This document shows, one piece after another, positions 9,829-20,834 of a stretch of 47,797 bases of DNA. The notes beneath the pieces are model-generated. The model did not search any database. It saw only the letters and a list, made by a program, of their open reading frames with translations, and was not told the origin of the DNA. Source of the DNA: a virus; the UHGV virus genome UHGV-0368429. The stretch is one strand, 5' to 3'. Every line of letters begins with the position of its first letter. Position 1 is the stretch's first letter. The translations under genes were made by a program, and so were the position numbers.

Positions 9829-12800
9829 CGATCTGGTTATTAAGCTGGATGTTGACCGCGCAACCTTCAGCGAGCAGGTCGCCCGAATCAAAGGGCAACT
9901 GACAGGAATGGCGGATGAGTCTGATAAAGTTCAGGCGCGAATGCAGCGTGCTGCGGACCGTCAGAGCGCTGCACTAAAGAGCGTGGGCGACGCTGGCGCG
10001 GCGGCCGCCGCAGACATGAAAGCCCGTCAGTCAGCCGCAACGGAAGGGCTGACAAAAGACTGGCAGAACGTTTCCAGGTCCGTTGATGAAACTCATCGCC
10101 GCGTGACCGAACTTAACCAACGCATGCGTGAGAATGACGGACAGGCTGCAGCGCTTGCCCGCCGACAGGATGAACTGGCGGCATCATTTTTCCGCCAGAT
10201 TGACGGCGTTCGCCAGCTCAATGGTGAAACACAGTCGCTTGCGAACGTGCAGGCGCGCTTTCGCGCAGCGAGGGCACAGGGCAACATAACCCAGCAGGAT
10301 TATCTCGCCCTTATTTCCCGCACCACGGCCCGGCAAAAAGAACTGCAGATCGTGGAGGAAAAATCGGCCGCAGCGCGCACGCGATTCCTCAGCCAGCTGA
10401 AGCAACAGGTTGCAGAGCAAAAGCTCTCCGGTACCGAGCTGCTGCGCATGAAGGCGGCGCAGGTCGGTGCCAGCGATGCGGCTGAAGTTTATATCCGCAA
10501 GCTTGAAGCTGCCAAAGTGGCCACGCACGGTCTGGGGCTGCAAAGTGCTGCTGCCCGGCAAGAGCTGGGGGTACTTATCGGCGAGGTCATGCGCGGTAAC
10601 TTCGGTGCGCTGCGCGGCTCCGGGATCACACTGGCGAACCGGGCAGGATGGATAGACCAGCTGCTGTCGCTGCGCGGGCTTGGGATCGCCGGCTTGGTTG
10701 GTGGGATTGCCGCGGCGGTATTCGGACTGGGTAAGGCCTGGTATGACGGCAGCAAAGAGTCTGAGGAATTTAACAGGCAGCTGATCCTGACCGGGAACTA
10801 CGCGGGGAAAACGTCAGGGCAGCTGCAGGCGCTGGCGCGCTCGCTGGCAGGTAATGGCATCACGCAGCATGCCGCTGCAGGCGTGCTGGCGCAGGTCGTT
10901 GGCAGCGGCGCGTTCAGCGGGAATGACGTCAGCATGGTCAGCAATGTTGCCGCCAGGCTGCAGCAGGCTACCGGACAGGCCGTCGACGAAACCATAAATC
11001 AGTTTAAGCGCCTGAAGGATGATCCGGTTAACGCGGTCGCGACGCTCAACGATTCCCTTCATTTTCTGACAGCCACCCAGTATGAACAGATAGCTTCTGC
11101 TCAGGCGCTGGGGGATTCTCAGAAGGCCGCCGAGCTGGCCATGCGGGCATATTCCGACGCGGTCATTCAGCGCGCCGGTGCGGTCGAGGATAATCTCGGA
11201 ACCCTCGAAAAAGCCTGGAACTGGGTGAAGAATGCCGCCTCCGGTGCGTGGGATGCGATGCTTGGCATAGGGCGTAATCCTGACACCGCGATGAAGCGCC
11301 AGGACTCTTTTGCTGAATGGCAGGCAGCAGAGAAGGAGTACCGCGCGCTTTCCAGCAATCTTAAGGTCGACCCGGATTATGCCGGTAACAACGTTCTGCA
11401 GAAAGCTGATGCGGAAAGGCTGAGAAACGCGCGCCAGCAGGTGGAGCTGAAAAAGCAGGCTTACGATCTTGCCGATCAGCAATACGCTCAGGAAGGGCTG
11501 GCAGCCGCGCGGGAAAAAATGCGGACAGACCAGCAGGCTCAGGCAATCCGCAACCAGCAGCAGTTTAACCAGCTGGTGGAGTCCGGCGCGACGGCGGCAG
11601 AAAAGCGGGCTTCAGCAGAGAAAAAGCTCAGTCAGCTTATTGAGAAAAACCGCCAGGATGCGAAAGACGGTGTCGCCACGCTGTGGACTGAAAAGGACAT
11701 TGCCGCGGCCCGCGCCGGGATTGAAAAGCAGTGGAAAGATCCAAAAACGCCGAAAGGCAAAAGCTACTCAACGCCCGCCGGGGACAAAGCAGAGGAAAAG
11801 GCGCAGGCCGAACTTCTCACCCTTCAGGCCCAGCTTAAAACGCTTGAGCAGCATACCAGCGTGAATGACGTCATAAGCAAACAGCGTCAGGATCTCTGGC
11901 AGACTGAAAATCAGTTCACCGTTCTGCAGGAGGCTGCAGGGCGTCGTCAGCTTACGGCGCAGGAAAAATCCCTGCTGGCGCACAAGGAAGAAACGCTCGA
12001 GTACAAGCGGCAGCTGGCCGATCTGGGCGATAAGGTTGCCAGCCAGCAAAAGCTCAACCAGCTGGCCGATCAGGCCGTGAAGTTTGAGCAGCAGCAAAAA
12101 GCGGCCAGGGCGGGTCTGCAGGCTCAGTCTGAGGGGGTATCCACCCGGGAAGCCGGGCGACAAACTACGCTGCAGCGTCTCAGCGAAAGCTATTCGTACA
12201 ACCCTCAGGCGCAGCAAAAGGTTCTCGAAGAGCAAAGGGCGACGTTCGAGGCTGAAGATGCTCTGCGCGCAAACTGGCTGGCCGGTGCGAAACAGGGCTG
12301 GGCCGAATATCAGGATTCAGCGACAAACGTTTTCAGCTCTGTTCAGCAGATTTCGCAGGCTACGTTCAGCGGGCTGGCGGGCCAGCTTACCAGCCTGACG
12401 ACAACCGGGAAGGCGAGCTTCAGGGACTTCACCAGCTCGATCCTTAAAATGATAGTGTCCGTTATCAACCAGCTGCTGGTGGCTTACACCATCCAGAGCG
12501 CAATGGGCTGGGTTAGCGGCGGGGCGAAAATCTCCTCTGCAGGTCAGTCATTCGCGGTCCCGTCATACCGGCCACAGGGTTTTGACGTGGGCGGTTTTAC
12601 CGGGCACGGCGGCAAGTACGAGCCAGCCGGTATCGTTCACCGCGGGGAATTCGTCTTCACCAAAGAATCAACCAGCCGTATCGGCGTGGCTAATCTCTAT
12701 CGCCTGATGCGCGGGTATGCCTCGGGTGGTCTGGTCGGCGGCGGTAGCGCAGCCGGTGCTGGCATGGGCGGGATCAGTGTTTATGCCCCAGTCAGCATCA

Positions 12801-12949
12801 GCCAGCAGGGGAGTGACGGGAGCATAAATCAGGCGAACGCCACGGGGACGGCGAAACAGCTGCAGGCGATTGTTCAGCAGACAATCACCGAGCGACTGAA
12901 AAAAGAAATGTCCGCAGGTGGCGTGCTTTATTCGAGGAGGACACAGTGA
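9812..12949 (+). CDS. H: Tail tape measure protein gpH
   Basis: 1045 aa, coiled-coil-rich with a Gly-rich C-terminus, between G/T and M; AGGAGG SD before ATG 9812. Confidence 0.9.
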   Translation: MAQQISDLVIKLDVDRATFSEQVARIKGQLTGMADESDKVQARMQRAADRQSAALKSVGDAGAAAAADMKARQSAATEGLTKDWQNVSRSVDETHRRVTELNQRMRENDGQAAALARRQDELAASFFRQIDGVRQLNGETQSLANVQARFRAARAQGNITQQDYLALISRTTARQKELQIVEEKSAAARTRFLSQLKQQVAEQKLSGTELLRMKAAQVGASDAAEVYIRKLEAAKVATHGLGLQSAAARQELGVLIGEVMRGNFGALRGSGITLANRAGWIDQLLSLRGLGIAGLVGGIAAAVFGLGKAWYDGSKESEEFNRQLILTGNYAGKTSGQLQALARSLAGNGITQHAAAGVLAQVVGSGAFSGNDVSMVSNVAARLQQATGQAVDETINQFKRLKDDPVNAVATLNDSLHFLTATQYEQIASAQALGDSQKAAELAMRAYSDAVIQRAGAVEDNLGTLEKAWNWVKNAASGAWDAMLGIGRNPDTAMKRQDSFAEWQAAEKEYRALSSNLKVDPDYAGNNVLQKADAERLRNARQQVELKKQAYDLADQQYAQEGLAAAREKMRTDQQAQAIRNQQQFNQLVESGATAAEKRASAEKKLSQLIEKNRQDAKDGVATLWTEKDIAAARAGIEKQWKDPKTPKGKSYSTPAGDKAEEKAQAELLTLQAQLKTLEQHTSVNDVISKQRQDLWQTENQFTVLQEAAGRRQLTAQEKSLLAHKEETLEYKRQLADLGDKVASQQKLNQLADQAVKFEQQQKAARAGLQAQSEGVSTREAGRQTTLQRLSESYSYNPQAQQKVLEEQRATFEAEDALRANWLAGAKQGWAEYQDSATNVFSSVQQISQATFSGLAGQLTSLTTTGKASFRDFTSSILKMIVSVINQLLVAYTIQSAMGWVSGGAKISSAGQSFAVPSYRPQGFDVGGFTGHGGKYEPAGIVHRGEFVFTKESTSRIGVANLYRLMRGYASGGLVGGGSAAGAGMGGISVYAPVSISQQGSDGSINQANATGTAKQLQAIVQQTITERLKKEMSAGGVLYSRRTQ

Positions 12950-13284
12950 CGGACACGTTTACCTGGCGCACGCGAAAAACAGCGCAGGGTACTGAAACCG
13001 CCCGAACGCTGCAGGCCCAGTTCGGGGATGGCTACAAACAGATAGCGGGGATGGGGATCAACGACAAACAGGAAACGTGGAACCTGGACTGGACGGGCAC
13101 CAGACAGGAGGCGGCTGCGCTGCGCGCTTTCCTGATGTCTCACGTTACTAAATCGTTCTGGTGGACCACTCCATGGGGTGAAAAAAAGCTGTTCAGAATG
13201 AAGGCCGATTCGTTCAGCGTTTCTTTCCCTACCGGGAAAAAAGCCACTGTGGCCTTCACTTTTGAACAGGCGTTCGCGCCCTGA
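12946..13284 (+). CDS. M: Minor tail protein gpM
   Basis: 112 aa in the lambda M position; start overlaps the H stop. Confidence 0.8.
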   Translation: MTDTFTWRTRKTAQGTETARTLQAQFGDGYKQIAGMGINDKQETWNLDWTGTRQEAAALRAFLMSHVTKSFWWTTPWGEKKLFRMKADSFSVSFPTGKKATVAFTFEQAFAP

Positions 13285-13339
13285 TTTTCTCGACAAACAC
13301 TGAAAGCTGCCTCCGGGCGGCTTTTTTTATGGGGGGAGT

Positions 13340-14077
13340 ATGAGTTTTACGGCAGACATCCAACAGCTTGAGCCCGGCAGCGTTATTCAGCTGATTGAGA
13401 TCGACGGCACTGAATTCGGTATGGATCAGGTGCTGCGTTTTCATGCGCACAATATTCAGGAAGAGGGGTGGGCAGCCTTCGCCGCAGCAAATCTGCCCGC
13501 CATTATCTGGCAGGGAAACCAGTACGATCCCCATCCCTACGAACTGAAGGGGATGGAGTTATCGAGTACAGGTTCCCAGCCAACGCCCACGCTGTCCGTC
13601 GGGAACGTCGGAAACTATGTCACCGCGCTGTGTCTTGAATATGACGATATGGTCAGGGCTAAGGTCAAAATCCATACCACGCTTTCGAAGTATCTCGATG
13701 CCGCCAACTGGAAAAACGGTAATCCGGGTGCCAGCCCGGCCGATGAGCGCGTACAGCTCTTTTACGTCAATGCTAAAACCGCAGAGACGCGGGTAAAGGT
13801 TGATTTCGAGCTGTGTTCTCCTTTCGATATTCAGAGCCTGCAGCTGCCGACACGGCAGATTACGCCTGTCTGCACCTGGTGTATGCGGGGCTGGTACCGA
13901 AGCGGGACCGGATGCGATTACAACGGCACGAAATACTTTACCAAAGACGGTACGCCGACCGATGACCCGTCGAAAGATGTTTGTGGCGGCCGCCGGCAGG
14001 ATTGTCAGGATCGTCACGGCCCGGACGCGCCGCTGCCGTTCGGCGGTTTTCCGGCTGCAAACCTGCAGGGGAAATAA
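13340..14077 (+). CDS. L: Minor tail protein gpL
   Basis: 245 aa; C-terminal Cys-rich region (CTWCMRGWYRSGTGCDY...) resembles lambda gpL. Confidence 0.85.
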   Translation: MSFTADIQQLEPGSVIQLIEIDGTEFGMDQVLRFHAHNIQEEGWAAFAAANLPAIIWQGNQYDPHPYELKGMELSSTGSQPTPTLSVGNVGNYVTALCLEYDDMVRAKVKIHTTLSKYLDAANWKNGNPGASPADERVQLFYVNAKTAETRVKVDFELCSPFDIQSLQLPTRQITPVCTWCMRGWYRSGTGCDYNGTKYFTKDGTPTDDPSKDVCGGRRQDCQDRHGPDAPLPFGGFPAANLQGK

Positions 14078-14079
14078 AA

Positions 14080-14799
14080 ATGCGTGAAAAATTGCTGGAT
14101 GCTATCCGTCAGCACGTCGCTGCTGAATACCCCAAAGAAGCCTGCGGCCTGATTGTTCAGTCAGGCCAGCAGCAAATCTATATTCCCTGCCGCAACATTG
14201 CCGATAAACCCGAGGAGACATTCACGCTCTCCCCGGAAGACCAGCTCGCTGCCCGCGCGCGCGGTGAGATCATCATGCTCATTCATTCACATCCGGATGT
14301 GGTTCGGCTGGTGCCCTCAGAGCTGGACCGGATCCAGTGCGACTGGTCGGGTATTGAGTGGGGGATCATGTCCTGGCCGGACGGGGACTTTTGTACGATC
14401 TCCCCGCGTGAAGACCGGGATTATGCCGGGCGGCAGTGGGTGCTGGGTTACGCGGACTGCTGGTCGTTAATCCGTGAATATTATCTGCGCGAATACGGCA
14501 TTGTTCTCGGGGACTATTCGGTACCTTACGAATGGTGGGAGAGCGGCAAGGAGCGGCTCTACGACGACAACTGGGAGCGCGAGGGATTCGTTGAGATTGC
14601 CGCCGGTGCAATGCAGCCCGGTGACATCATCATGATGAGTGTGCAGGCATCGGTGACTAATCACGCCGCGGTATATGTGGGTGACAACATCATTCTCCAT
14701 CATCTGTTCGGGCATCTTTCTTCGCGAACGCCTTATGGAAAATATTATCGCGACAGAACGGTCCGGGTGGTCAGGCATAAGGACCGAATGCATGGTTAA
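14080..14799 (+). CDS. K: Tail tip assembly protein gpK (NlpC/P60 + JAB-like)
   Basis: From ATG 14080: MREKLLDAIRQHVAAEYPKEACGLIVQ...HSHP... matches lambda gpK; the listed ORF start at 13981 lies inside L. Confidence 0.85.
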   Translation: MREKLLDAIRQHVAAEYPKEACGLIVQSGQQQIYIPCRNIADKPEETFTLSPEDQLAARARGEIIMLIHSHPDVVRLVPSELDRIQCDWSGIEWGIMSWPDGDFCTISPREDRDYAGRQWVLGYADCWSLIREYYLREYGIVLGDYSVPYEWWESGKERLYDDNWEREGFVEIAAGAMQPGDIIMMSVQASVTNHAAVYVGDNIILHHLFGHLSSRTPYGKYYRDRTVRVVRHKDRMHG

Positions 14800-15409
14800 G
14801 ACGCTTATTCTCGAAGGGAAAATGGCTAAAAAATTCGGTAAACGCGTTCAGTTTGATGTTGCCGATCTGCGCGAAATGCTCAGGGCCATGTGTTCACAGG
14901 TTCCCGGATTCAAAAAATATATGTCGGAAGCTCATATGAAGGGGATCCGTTTCGCCTTTTTTAACGGTGACAACAATATCGGGCTGGAAGAGTTTGATAT
15001 GACCCGCGGTGGAAGCGTGTACCGGATCGTGCCCGTTTATGAGGGGGCCAAAAATTCAGGCGTCCTGCAGATAGTTGTCGGTGCCGTTGCGCTGGTCGCT
15101 GCATTCTTTACCGCCGGTGCGAGTATGGCAGCCTGGGGGGCTGCGATGAGTGCAACAGCCATCAGCGCCACGTCAATTTTGACCGGGGTCGGGGTGTCAA
15201 TGATGCTGGGTGGCGTTGTCCAGATGCTTACGCCCCAGCCATCCTTCGGCGCGGGTAAATCCTCCAGCACGGACAACACGCCTAACTACGCCTTCGGGGC
15301 GCCGGTTAATACCGTCGCTATGGGGCATCCAGTCCCCCTGGCCTATGGTCTGATCGAGGCAGGGGGAGCGATAGTCAGCGCCGGTATGTACTCGAGCGAT
15401 CAGCAATAG
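14792..15409 (+). CDS. I: Tail tip assembly protein gpI
   Basis: ...CSQVPGFKKYMSEAHMKGIRFAFFNGDNNIGLEEFDMTRGGSVYRIVPV... matches lambda gpI; ATG 14792 overlaps the K stop; exact start uncertain (alternative 14822). Confidence 0.8.
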   Translation: MVKTLILEGKMAKKFGKRVQFDVADLREMLRAMCSQVPGFKKYMSEAHMKGIRFAFFNGDNNIGLEEFDMTRGGSVYRIVPVYEGAKNSGVLQIVVGAVALVAAFFTAGASMAAWGAAMSATAISATSILTGVGVSMMLGGVVQMLTPQPSFGAGKSSSTDNTPNYAFGAPVNTVAMGHPVPLAYGLIEAGGAIVSAGMYSSDQQ

Positions 15410-15488
15410 TGAAATGCAACCTAATAAGATGAACGTTACATTGCGATCACCCTTGGTTATCATGTCCAAAAAGATGCCAATCAAGGAG

Positions 15489-15971
15489 ATGAAAGTGAAA
15501 AAATACGGTTTGGTCTTATTAGGTGTGCTGTTTATTTCAGGTTGTGCCCCCCAAAATCAGAACAACAATTTACAAAAACAATACGCTGACTTAGCAAAGT
15601 GTGAAGATAACATCACGATGCCAAAACAAATGCCGCAAAGTAAAAAGGAGTTTGCGGAGTTTTTATCCAAGGCTGCGCTTAGTGCCTCGGCAGATCAGTT
15701 TGTTACCCAGAAGCGTATAGAAATTCTGCAATTAGTTGGGTGGGATAATTCAGTAGCTGATGCAATAACGACATGTGGAGCTACCAGAAAGAGCAAGCTA
15801 AAAGATATTGGGTCGAATGTGTTTGAAACGATGAAAGCAAACACTAAAGATACAGAAGAGCGTCGCGCTCTTGTTGAGGCTTATAGTTCGTGGGAGGCTT
15901 ATGTAACCAGCCAAACTCCGCTCGCAAAACAGGACTTTGACTCTAAAGTTAGCTATTACAAAAACATGTAA
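15489..15971 (+). CDS. AT-rich moron: predicted lipoprotein of unknown function inserted between I and J
   Basis: Signal peptide with lipobox MKVKKYGLVLLGVLFISG|C; AAGGAG SD; visibly lower GC than flanking tail genes; start uncertain (ATG 15489 or GTG 15495). Confidence 0.6.
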   Translation: MKVKKYGLVLLGVLFISGCAPQNQNNNLQKQYADLAKCEDNITMPKQMPQSKKEFAEFLSKAALSASADQFVTQKRIEILQLVGWDNSVADAITTCGATRKSKLKDIGSNVFETMKANTKDTEERRALVEAYSSWEAYVTSQTPLAKQDFDSKVSYYKNM

Positions 15972-16000
15972 TAAAACGCCATCATTAATACTAACAATTA

Positions 16001-16024
16001 ACCCAGCTCAGGCTGGGTTTTTTA
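16001..16024 (+). terminator. Rho-independent terminator after the I-J moron
   Basis: ACCCAGC-TCAG-GCTGGGT followed by TTTTT, just before the J start. Confidence 0.6.
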
Positions 16025-16035
16025 ATGGGGTAAAA

Positions 16036-19000
16036 ATGCAACTTCTCCATGGTGAAACCATCATTCAGGGTGCTAAAGGGGGCGGTGGGAGCGCGCATAC
16101 TCCGGTTGAGCAACCTGACGATTTGCTGTCGGTCGCAAAATTAAAAATGCTCATTGCCGTTTCTGAGGGGGAAATACAGGGCGACCTGACCGCACAGAAC
16201 ATTTTTCTCAACGATACGCCGCTTGCAAACGACAGCGGGGAATACAACTTCAGCGGCGTGAAATGGGAATTCCGGAAGGGCACACAGGACCAGACCTATA
16301 TTGCCGGGATGCCCCAGGTCGATAACGAGCTGGCGGTTGGCACAACTGTCACCACCACCGCGCCATGGACGCGCCAGTTTACCAACCTTTCCCTGGATGC
16401 CATCCGCATCAAGCTCAGCCTTCCGGTCCAGTATCTCTATAAAGATAACGGCGATATGGTGGGCACGGTCACCGAGTATGCGATCGATTTATCAACGGAT
16501 GGCGGCGCCTGGAAAACGGTTGTAAACGGCAAGTTTGACGGAAAGACCACGACGGAATATCAGCGTGACCACCGTATTGATCTGCCAAAATCCACGTCCG
16601 GCTGGTCTGTCAGGGTCAGGCGTATTACGGCTGATGCCAGCGGATCAAATTCGAAACTGGTTAACGCCTTCAAGGTGTTTTCGTATGCGGAAGTCATCGA
16701 CAGCAAGCTTCGTTATCCTTTAACCGCGCTCCTGTATGTCGAAGTGGACAGCAGCCAGTTCAACGGCAGCGCGCCGAAAGTGACCTGTAAGATAAAAGGC
16801 AAGCTGATTAAGGTTCCGGATAATTACGATCCGATAACCCGAACCTATTCTGGTTCATGGTCCGGCGGGTTCAAAATGGCCTGGTCCAATAACCCTGCCT
16901 GGATCTTTTACGATCTGGTTCTGGATGAAATTTACGGCATGGGCACGCGCGTGGATGCGTACATGGTGGATAAGTGGGCGCTGTATTCAATTGCACAGTA
17001 TTGCGACGAAATGGTTTCCGACGGCGCCGGTGGTACCGAACCGCGTTTCACCTGCAACGTTTTCATTCAGAGCCAGGAGGACGCCTGGCAGGTACTTAAC
17101 GATCTCGCCGCGGTATTTCGTGGAATAACGTTCTGGGGCAACGATCAGATTTATGTCCAGGCAGACGTCCCGCAGGACGATGTTGACTGGGTTTATAACG
17201 CCTCAAACGTTATCGATGGGCTGTTTACTTATGCGGGCGGCTCATACAAGAATCGCTACAGCTCCTGCCTCGTGTCCTGGTCCGATCCGCAGAACCATTA
17301 CAGCGATACCGTTGAGGGAGTCTACGATTCAGAGCTTGTAGAGCGTTACGACGTCAGGCAAACGTCCCTGACCGCAATCGGCTGCACCTCGCAAAGTGAA
17401 GCGCACCGGCGCGGTCGCTGGGTATTACTCTCCAATGCCAAAGACGGGACCGTATCGTTTGGGGTGGGGCTGGACGGCTATATTCCTCTGCCCGCTGAAA
17501 TTATCGGTGTCGCCGATCCTTTCCGTTCCGGAAAGGAGAACGGGGGCCGCATAGTGGCGGTCAATGGCCGCCAGATTACGCTGGATCGAGAAATAGATTA
17601 CGCAGCGAAAGACCGGCTGGTGGTTAACCTGCCCGACGGAAAAGCCCAGACGCGGACAATCAGCGCGGTGAGCGCCGATAAAATAACGGTGACGGTGGCT
17701 ACGGCCTTCAGTCAGGCACCTGCCGCTGGTGCTGTCTGGGCGATAGACAGTGATAACCTCGCGATACAGTACTTCCGGGTCACTTCAATCGCGGCCAACG
17801 ATGACAGCACAGGCGGTTTCACAATTACGGCCGTTCAGCACGATCCAAACAAATACCGTTACATCGATGACGGCGTTCGGATCGAGTCGCCCCCGATCAC
17901 CGTCACGCCGATAAGCGTCCTGTCTGCGCCGAAGAATATCGTGGTGACTGAGAGCGATCATGTGTCTCAGGGTCTGACGGTAGCAAGCCTTGACGTGTCA
18001 TGGGACAAGGTTGAGGGCGCAATCCGGTACGTTGCCCAGTGGCGCAAGGATAACGGGGACTGGATCAACGTTCCGGTTACCAGCGCGCAGGGGTTCTCGG
18101 TTCAGGGCATTTATTCAGGCAGCTATGATGTGCGCGTCCGGGCGCTGAATGCGCAGGATACGTCGTCACCATGGGGATACGCCGAAACAACGTACCTTTC
18201 CGGAAAAACGGGAAAACCGGGTACCCCGCTCAACTTCCTGGCGACCGAAGATGTGGTCTGGCATATCGATCTGACCTGGAAATTTCCGGATGGCTCAGGC
18301 GACACGGCCTATACAGAGATTCAGCGCGCCACAACCTCTGACTACGCCAATCCTGAACTGCTGGTCCTGGTGCCGTACCCGGCTGCAGATTATCAGCATG
18401 GCCCCATGCCTGCTGGCGTTCGCCAGTGGTACCGCGCGCGCCTGATTGACCGTATCGGTAATGTCGGTGACTGGACCGACTGGGTCATGGGCACGTCCTC
18501 GATAGATGTCAGCGAAATAACCAATGACATTCTGGAGGACATGAAAGATTCCGACACGTTCAAAGACCTGATCGAGAACGCGGTGGACAGCAATGAAAAA
18601 GTTGCAGGCATGGCGGATGACATCAAAAAGCATGCCGACGAGCTGGAGCAGCAGGCGAAAGACATCCAGGAGAACGCTGACGGGCTGGCGCAGGCCGAAG
18701 TGAAGATAGACGAGATTTCAGTGTCGATGGACGGCATGACGGGAGGTGTGAAGAACTCGGCAATTGCGATAATCCAGGCCAACCTTGCTCAGGTGGCCAC
18801 GCGTAAAACTCTGTCGGCATCGGTAGCCGGTAACAGCGCACAGCTGGACCGCATTGATGAGGTGATCGTCACTGACAGGGAGGCAACGGCACGCGCATTG
18901 CTGAGCCTGCAGACGAACGTCAACGGTAATACGGCATCCATCAACAGTCTGAGCCAGACGGTTTCGAATTATCAGCAGGCCACGGCGACGCAGATCAACG

Positions 19001-19500
19001 CCATCACTGCGACCATAAACGGTAATACGGCGGCGATAACAACAAACGCCCAGGCCATTGCGAACGTAAACGGCCAGCTCAGCGCGATGTACAACATCAA
19101 GGTTGGGGTAACGAGTAATGGCCAGTATTACGCCGCAGGCATGGGGATCGGGGTGGAGAATACGCCATTAGGGATGCAGTCGCAGGTTATCTTCCTGGCC
19201 GATCGTTTTGCCGTGACTACTGCAGCCGGTAACAGCGTGGCGTTGCCGTTTGTTATTCAGAACGGGCAGACGTTCATCAGGGCCAGCTTCATTCAGGACG
19301 GTACCATTGAGAACGCTAAAATCGGCAACTTTATTCAGTCCAATAACTATGTGGCTGGATCTGTAGGCTGGAAGCTTGATAAGGGAGGAACGTTCGAAAT
19401 TAACGGTGTGGGCGGAGGTGGAAGGATGCTGATATCGAGCACTCTCATTCAAATCTACGACAGCAATAACGTGCTGCGCGTCAGAATGGGGTTATGGTAA
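16036..19500 (+). CDS. J: Tail tip / central fibre host-specificity protein gpJ
   Basis: From ATG 16036, about 1154 aa; broad similarity to lambda gpJ (e.g. ...AWSNNPAWIFYDLVLDEIYGMG..., FTITAVQHDP); C-terminal roughly 250 aa diverge from lambda. Confidence 0.9.
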   Translation: MQLLHGETIIQGAKGGGGSAHTPVEQPDDLLSVAKLKMLIAVSEGEIQGDLTAQNIFLNDTPLANDSGEYNFSGVKWEFRKGTQDQTYIAGMPQVDNELAVGTTVTTTAPWTRQFTNLSLDAIRIKLSLPVQYLYKDNGDMVGTVTEYAIDLSTDGGAWKTVVNGKFDGKTTTEYQRDHRIDLPKSTSGWSVRVRRITADASGSNSKLVNAFKVFSYAEVIDSKLRYPLTALLYVEVDSSQFNGSAPKVTCKIKGKLIKVPDNYDPITRTYSGSWSGGFKMAWSNNPAWIFYDLVLDEIYGMGTRVDAYMVDKWALYSIAQYCDEMVSDGAGGTEPRFTCNVFIQSQEDAWQVLNDLAAVFRGITFWGNDQIYVQADVPQDDVDWVYNASNVIDGLFTYAGGSYKNRYSSCLVSWSDPQNHYSDTVEGVYDSELVERYDVRQTSLTAIGCTSQSEAHRRGRWVLLSNAKDGTVSFGVGLDGYIPLPAEIIGVADPFRSGKENGGRIVAVNGRQITLDREIDYAAKDRLVVNLPDGKAQTRTISAVSADKITVTVATAFSQAPAAGAVWAIDSDNLAIQYFRVTSIAANDDSTGGFTITAVQHDPNKYRYIDDGVRIESPPITVTPISVLSAPKNIVVTESDHVSQGLTVASLDVSWDKVEGAIRYVAQWRKDNGDWINVPVTSAQGFSVQGIYSGSYDVRVRALNAQDTSSPWGYAETTYLSGKTGKPGTPLNFLATEDVVWHIDLTWKFPDGSGDTAYTEIQRATTSDYANPELLVLVPYPAADYQHGPMPAGVRQWYRARLIDRIGNVGDWTDWVMGTSSIDVSEITNDILEDMKDSDTFKDLIENAVDSNEKVAGMADDIKKHADELEQQAKDIQENADGLAQAEVKIDEISVSMDGMTGGVKNSAIAIIQANLAQVATRKTLSASVAGNSAQLDRIDEVIVTDREATARALLSLQTNVNGNTASINSLSQTVSNYQQATATQINAITATINGNTAAITTNAQAIANVNGQLSAMYNIKVGVTSNGQYYAAGMGIGVENTPLGMQSQVIFLADRFAVTTAAGNSVALPFVIQNGQTFIRASFIQDGTIENAKIGNFIQSNNYVAGSVGWKLDKGGTFEINGVGGGGRMLISSTLIQIYDSNNVLRVRMGLW

Positions 19501-19802
19501 TGCCACAGGGTTTACAGTGCTGGGACGGCGCCGGGCGTATTGCCGTTGATTTAAGTGATTACGCTATCCGGTATATTGGAAGCACTTCTGTAACATTTGC
19601 CGCGGGGGAAACGGCGAAAGACGTTTCCTTTTCCGGTGTAACGCAGGATGGATCATTTATATCAATCGTATCGGCGAGTTCGGCAGGAGTAATAAATGAA
19701 TATTATTGCCGGGCTTTTAATGGTGGATTTACCGTTTTTTATTTACCGAGCGGCGGCAGTATTTCTATCACTCTCAATATGGAGGTTTATAACTTTCAAT
19801 GA
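19494..19802 (+). CDS. Hypothetical protein translationally coupled to J (possible tail-tip accessory)
   Basis: ATG overlaps the J stop (ATGGTAATG); 102 aa; no recognisable family. Confidence 0.5.
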   Translation: MVMPQGLQCWDGAGRIAVDLSDYAIRYIGSTSVTFAAGETAKDVSFSGVTQDGSFISIVSASSAGVINEYYCRAFNGGFTVFYLPSGGSISITLNMEVYNFQ

Positions 19803-20440
19803 GTGGATTCGAAGTTTATAACAGTGCTGGAAAATTGCTGGTTGATTCACAAAACAGATCAACACTTTTTTATGATCAGCGTGTGCTCGGCGCAGTGACT
19901 GACAAAGGACATTACCGTGTGGATAGTCCGTTCGGAAACGGAAGCACACTGGGCTTTACCCAGCCGCAGTTCTGGAATGATGGGAATTTGCGTTGGCTGC
20001 AGCTGGATACTAATAAGTATGGCTTACCAGGCGCTGACCTTCTGGAAGACAATGCGGGCAGTATGATACGCACGTCCAGAAACGTTGGAATGCAAAGCGG
20101 ATATCTGGATGTTTTCGACAGCGCGGGGAATCTTATCTGGAGCGCCGCCTCGGCATCGAAAATGCCGCGCGTGGTGGGCTTTTTCGACGTGCCGGCCAAT
20201 TACGATCTACAGAACAATACCTTTGCGGTAAACCTGAGTTTTAACCCGTGGATTCTGGTTAACAACTGCCCTGGTAACCTCAGTGACGACGGTACGGTTG
20301 TTGGTTATTCAGGAATCGTTCTCAAATGGACAGGCTCACAGCTGCAGGGGAGGTACATCACAAAAAATCAGCGCAACTGGAGCCAGACACTTCAGGGGCG
20401 AGGGCTACGAATTCCCATCGCTCAGTTTGTCGGAATTTGA
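19799..20440 (+). CDS. Hypothetical protein coupled to the preceding ORF (possible tail-tip accessory)
   Basis: ATGA overlap with upstream stop; 213 aa; contains motifs FEVYNSAGKLL and LDVFDSAGNLIW that echo the J C-terminus IQIYDSNNVLRV. Confidence 0.5.
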   Translation: MSGFEVYNSAGKLLVDSQNRSTLFYDQRVLGAVTDKGHYRVDSPFGNGSTLGFTQPQFWNDGNLRWLQLDTNKYGLPGADLLEDNAGSMIRTSRNVGMQSGYLDVFDSAGNLIWSAASASKMPRVVGFFDVPANYDLQNNTFAVNLSFNPWILVNNCPGNLSDDGTVVGYSGIVLKWTGSQLQGRYITKNQRNWSQTLQGRGLRIPIAQFVGI

Positions 20441-20767
20441 TACGGGCGGGACGCGGGGGTATTGAGTAGCGATCATGTTTTGCTTAACACCTTTTGCAGG
20501 TTCGAAGCGGTATACGACATCAAGCTTATCCGTTTTCTTATAACAGATGTTGCTGAGCCGCTTATTTATATGTCGGCTGAAAATGCCATTGCTGCTGTCT
20601 GAAATTACGTTAACTTCCCTCGTGGCACAGTCGATATTTACGTGAATATCTCCCCCCAGAGATAAGCGCGCCGCATCCACCGGGTAATCCATTCTGAAGG
20701 CATAGTCTCTGTCTTTGTCGGCACAGCCAGCCGCCAGCAAAAGTGCCACGGCAAATAATCGTTTCAT
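20405..20767 (-). CDS. Predicted lipoprotein, convergent with the tail operon (possibly a Cor-like exclusion protein; inference only)
   Basis: MKRLFAVALLLAAG|C lipobox signal; 120 aa; 3' end overlaps the preceding plus-strand ORF by 36 bp. Confidence 0.5.
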   Translation of the reverse strand: MKRLFAVALLLAAGCADKDRDYAFRMDYPVDAARLSLGGDIHVNIDCATREVNVISDSSNGIFSRHINKRLSNICYKKTDKLDVVYRFEPAKGVKQNMIATQYPRVPPVSNSDKLSDGNS

Positions 20768-20834
20768 TTCTACATTCCTGTATCTGCGGGAATATCCATT
20801 TTATTTGAGTTTAAAAAATAGTCAGATTGATATG

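Noticed and set aside
10814-11482. 222-aa minus-strand ORF (and other antisense ORFs such as 8640..9047, 1241..1669, 1716..2129)
   Set aside because: Lie entirely antisense within well-supported structural genes (H, V, A) in a high-GC genome where long spurious antisense frames are expected; no SD or coupling signals.
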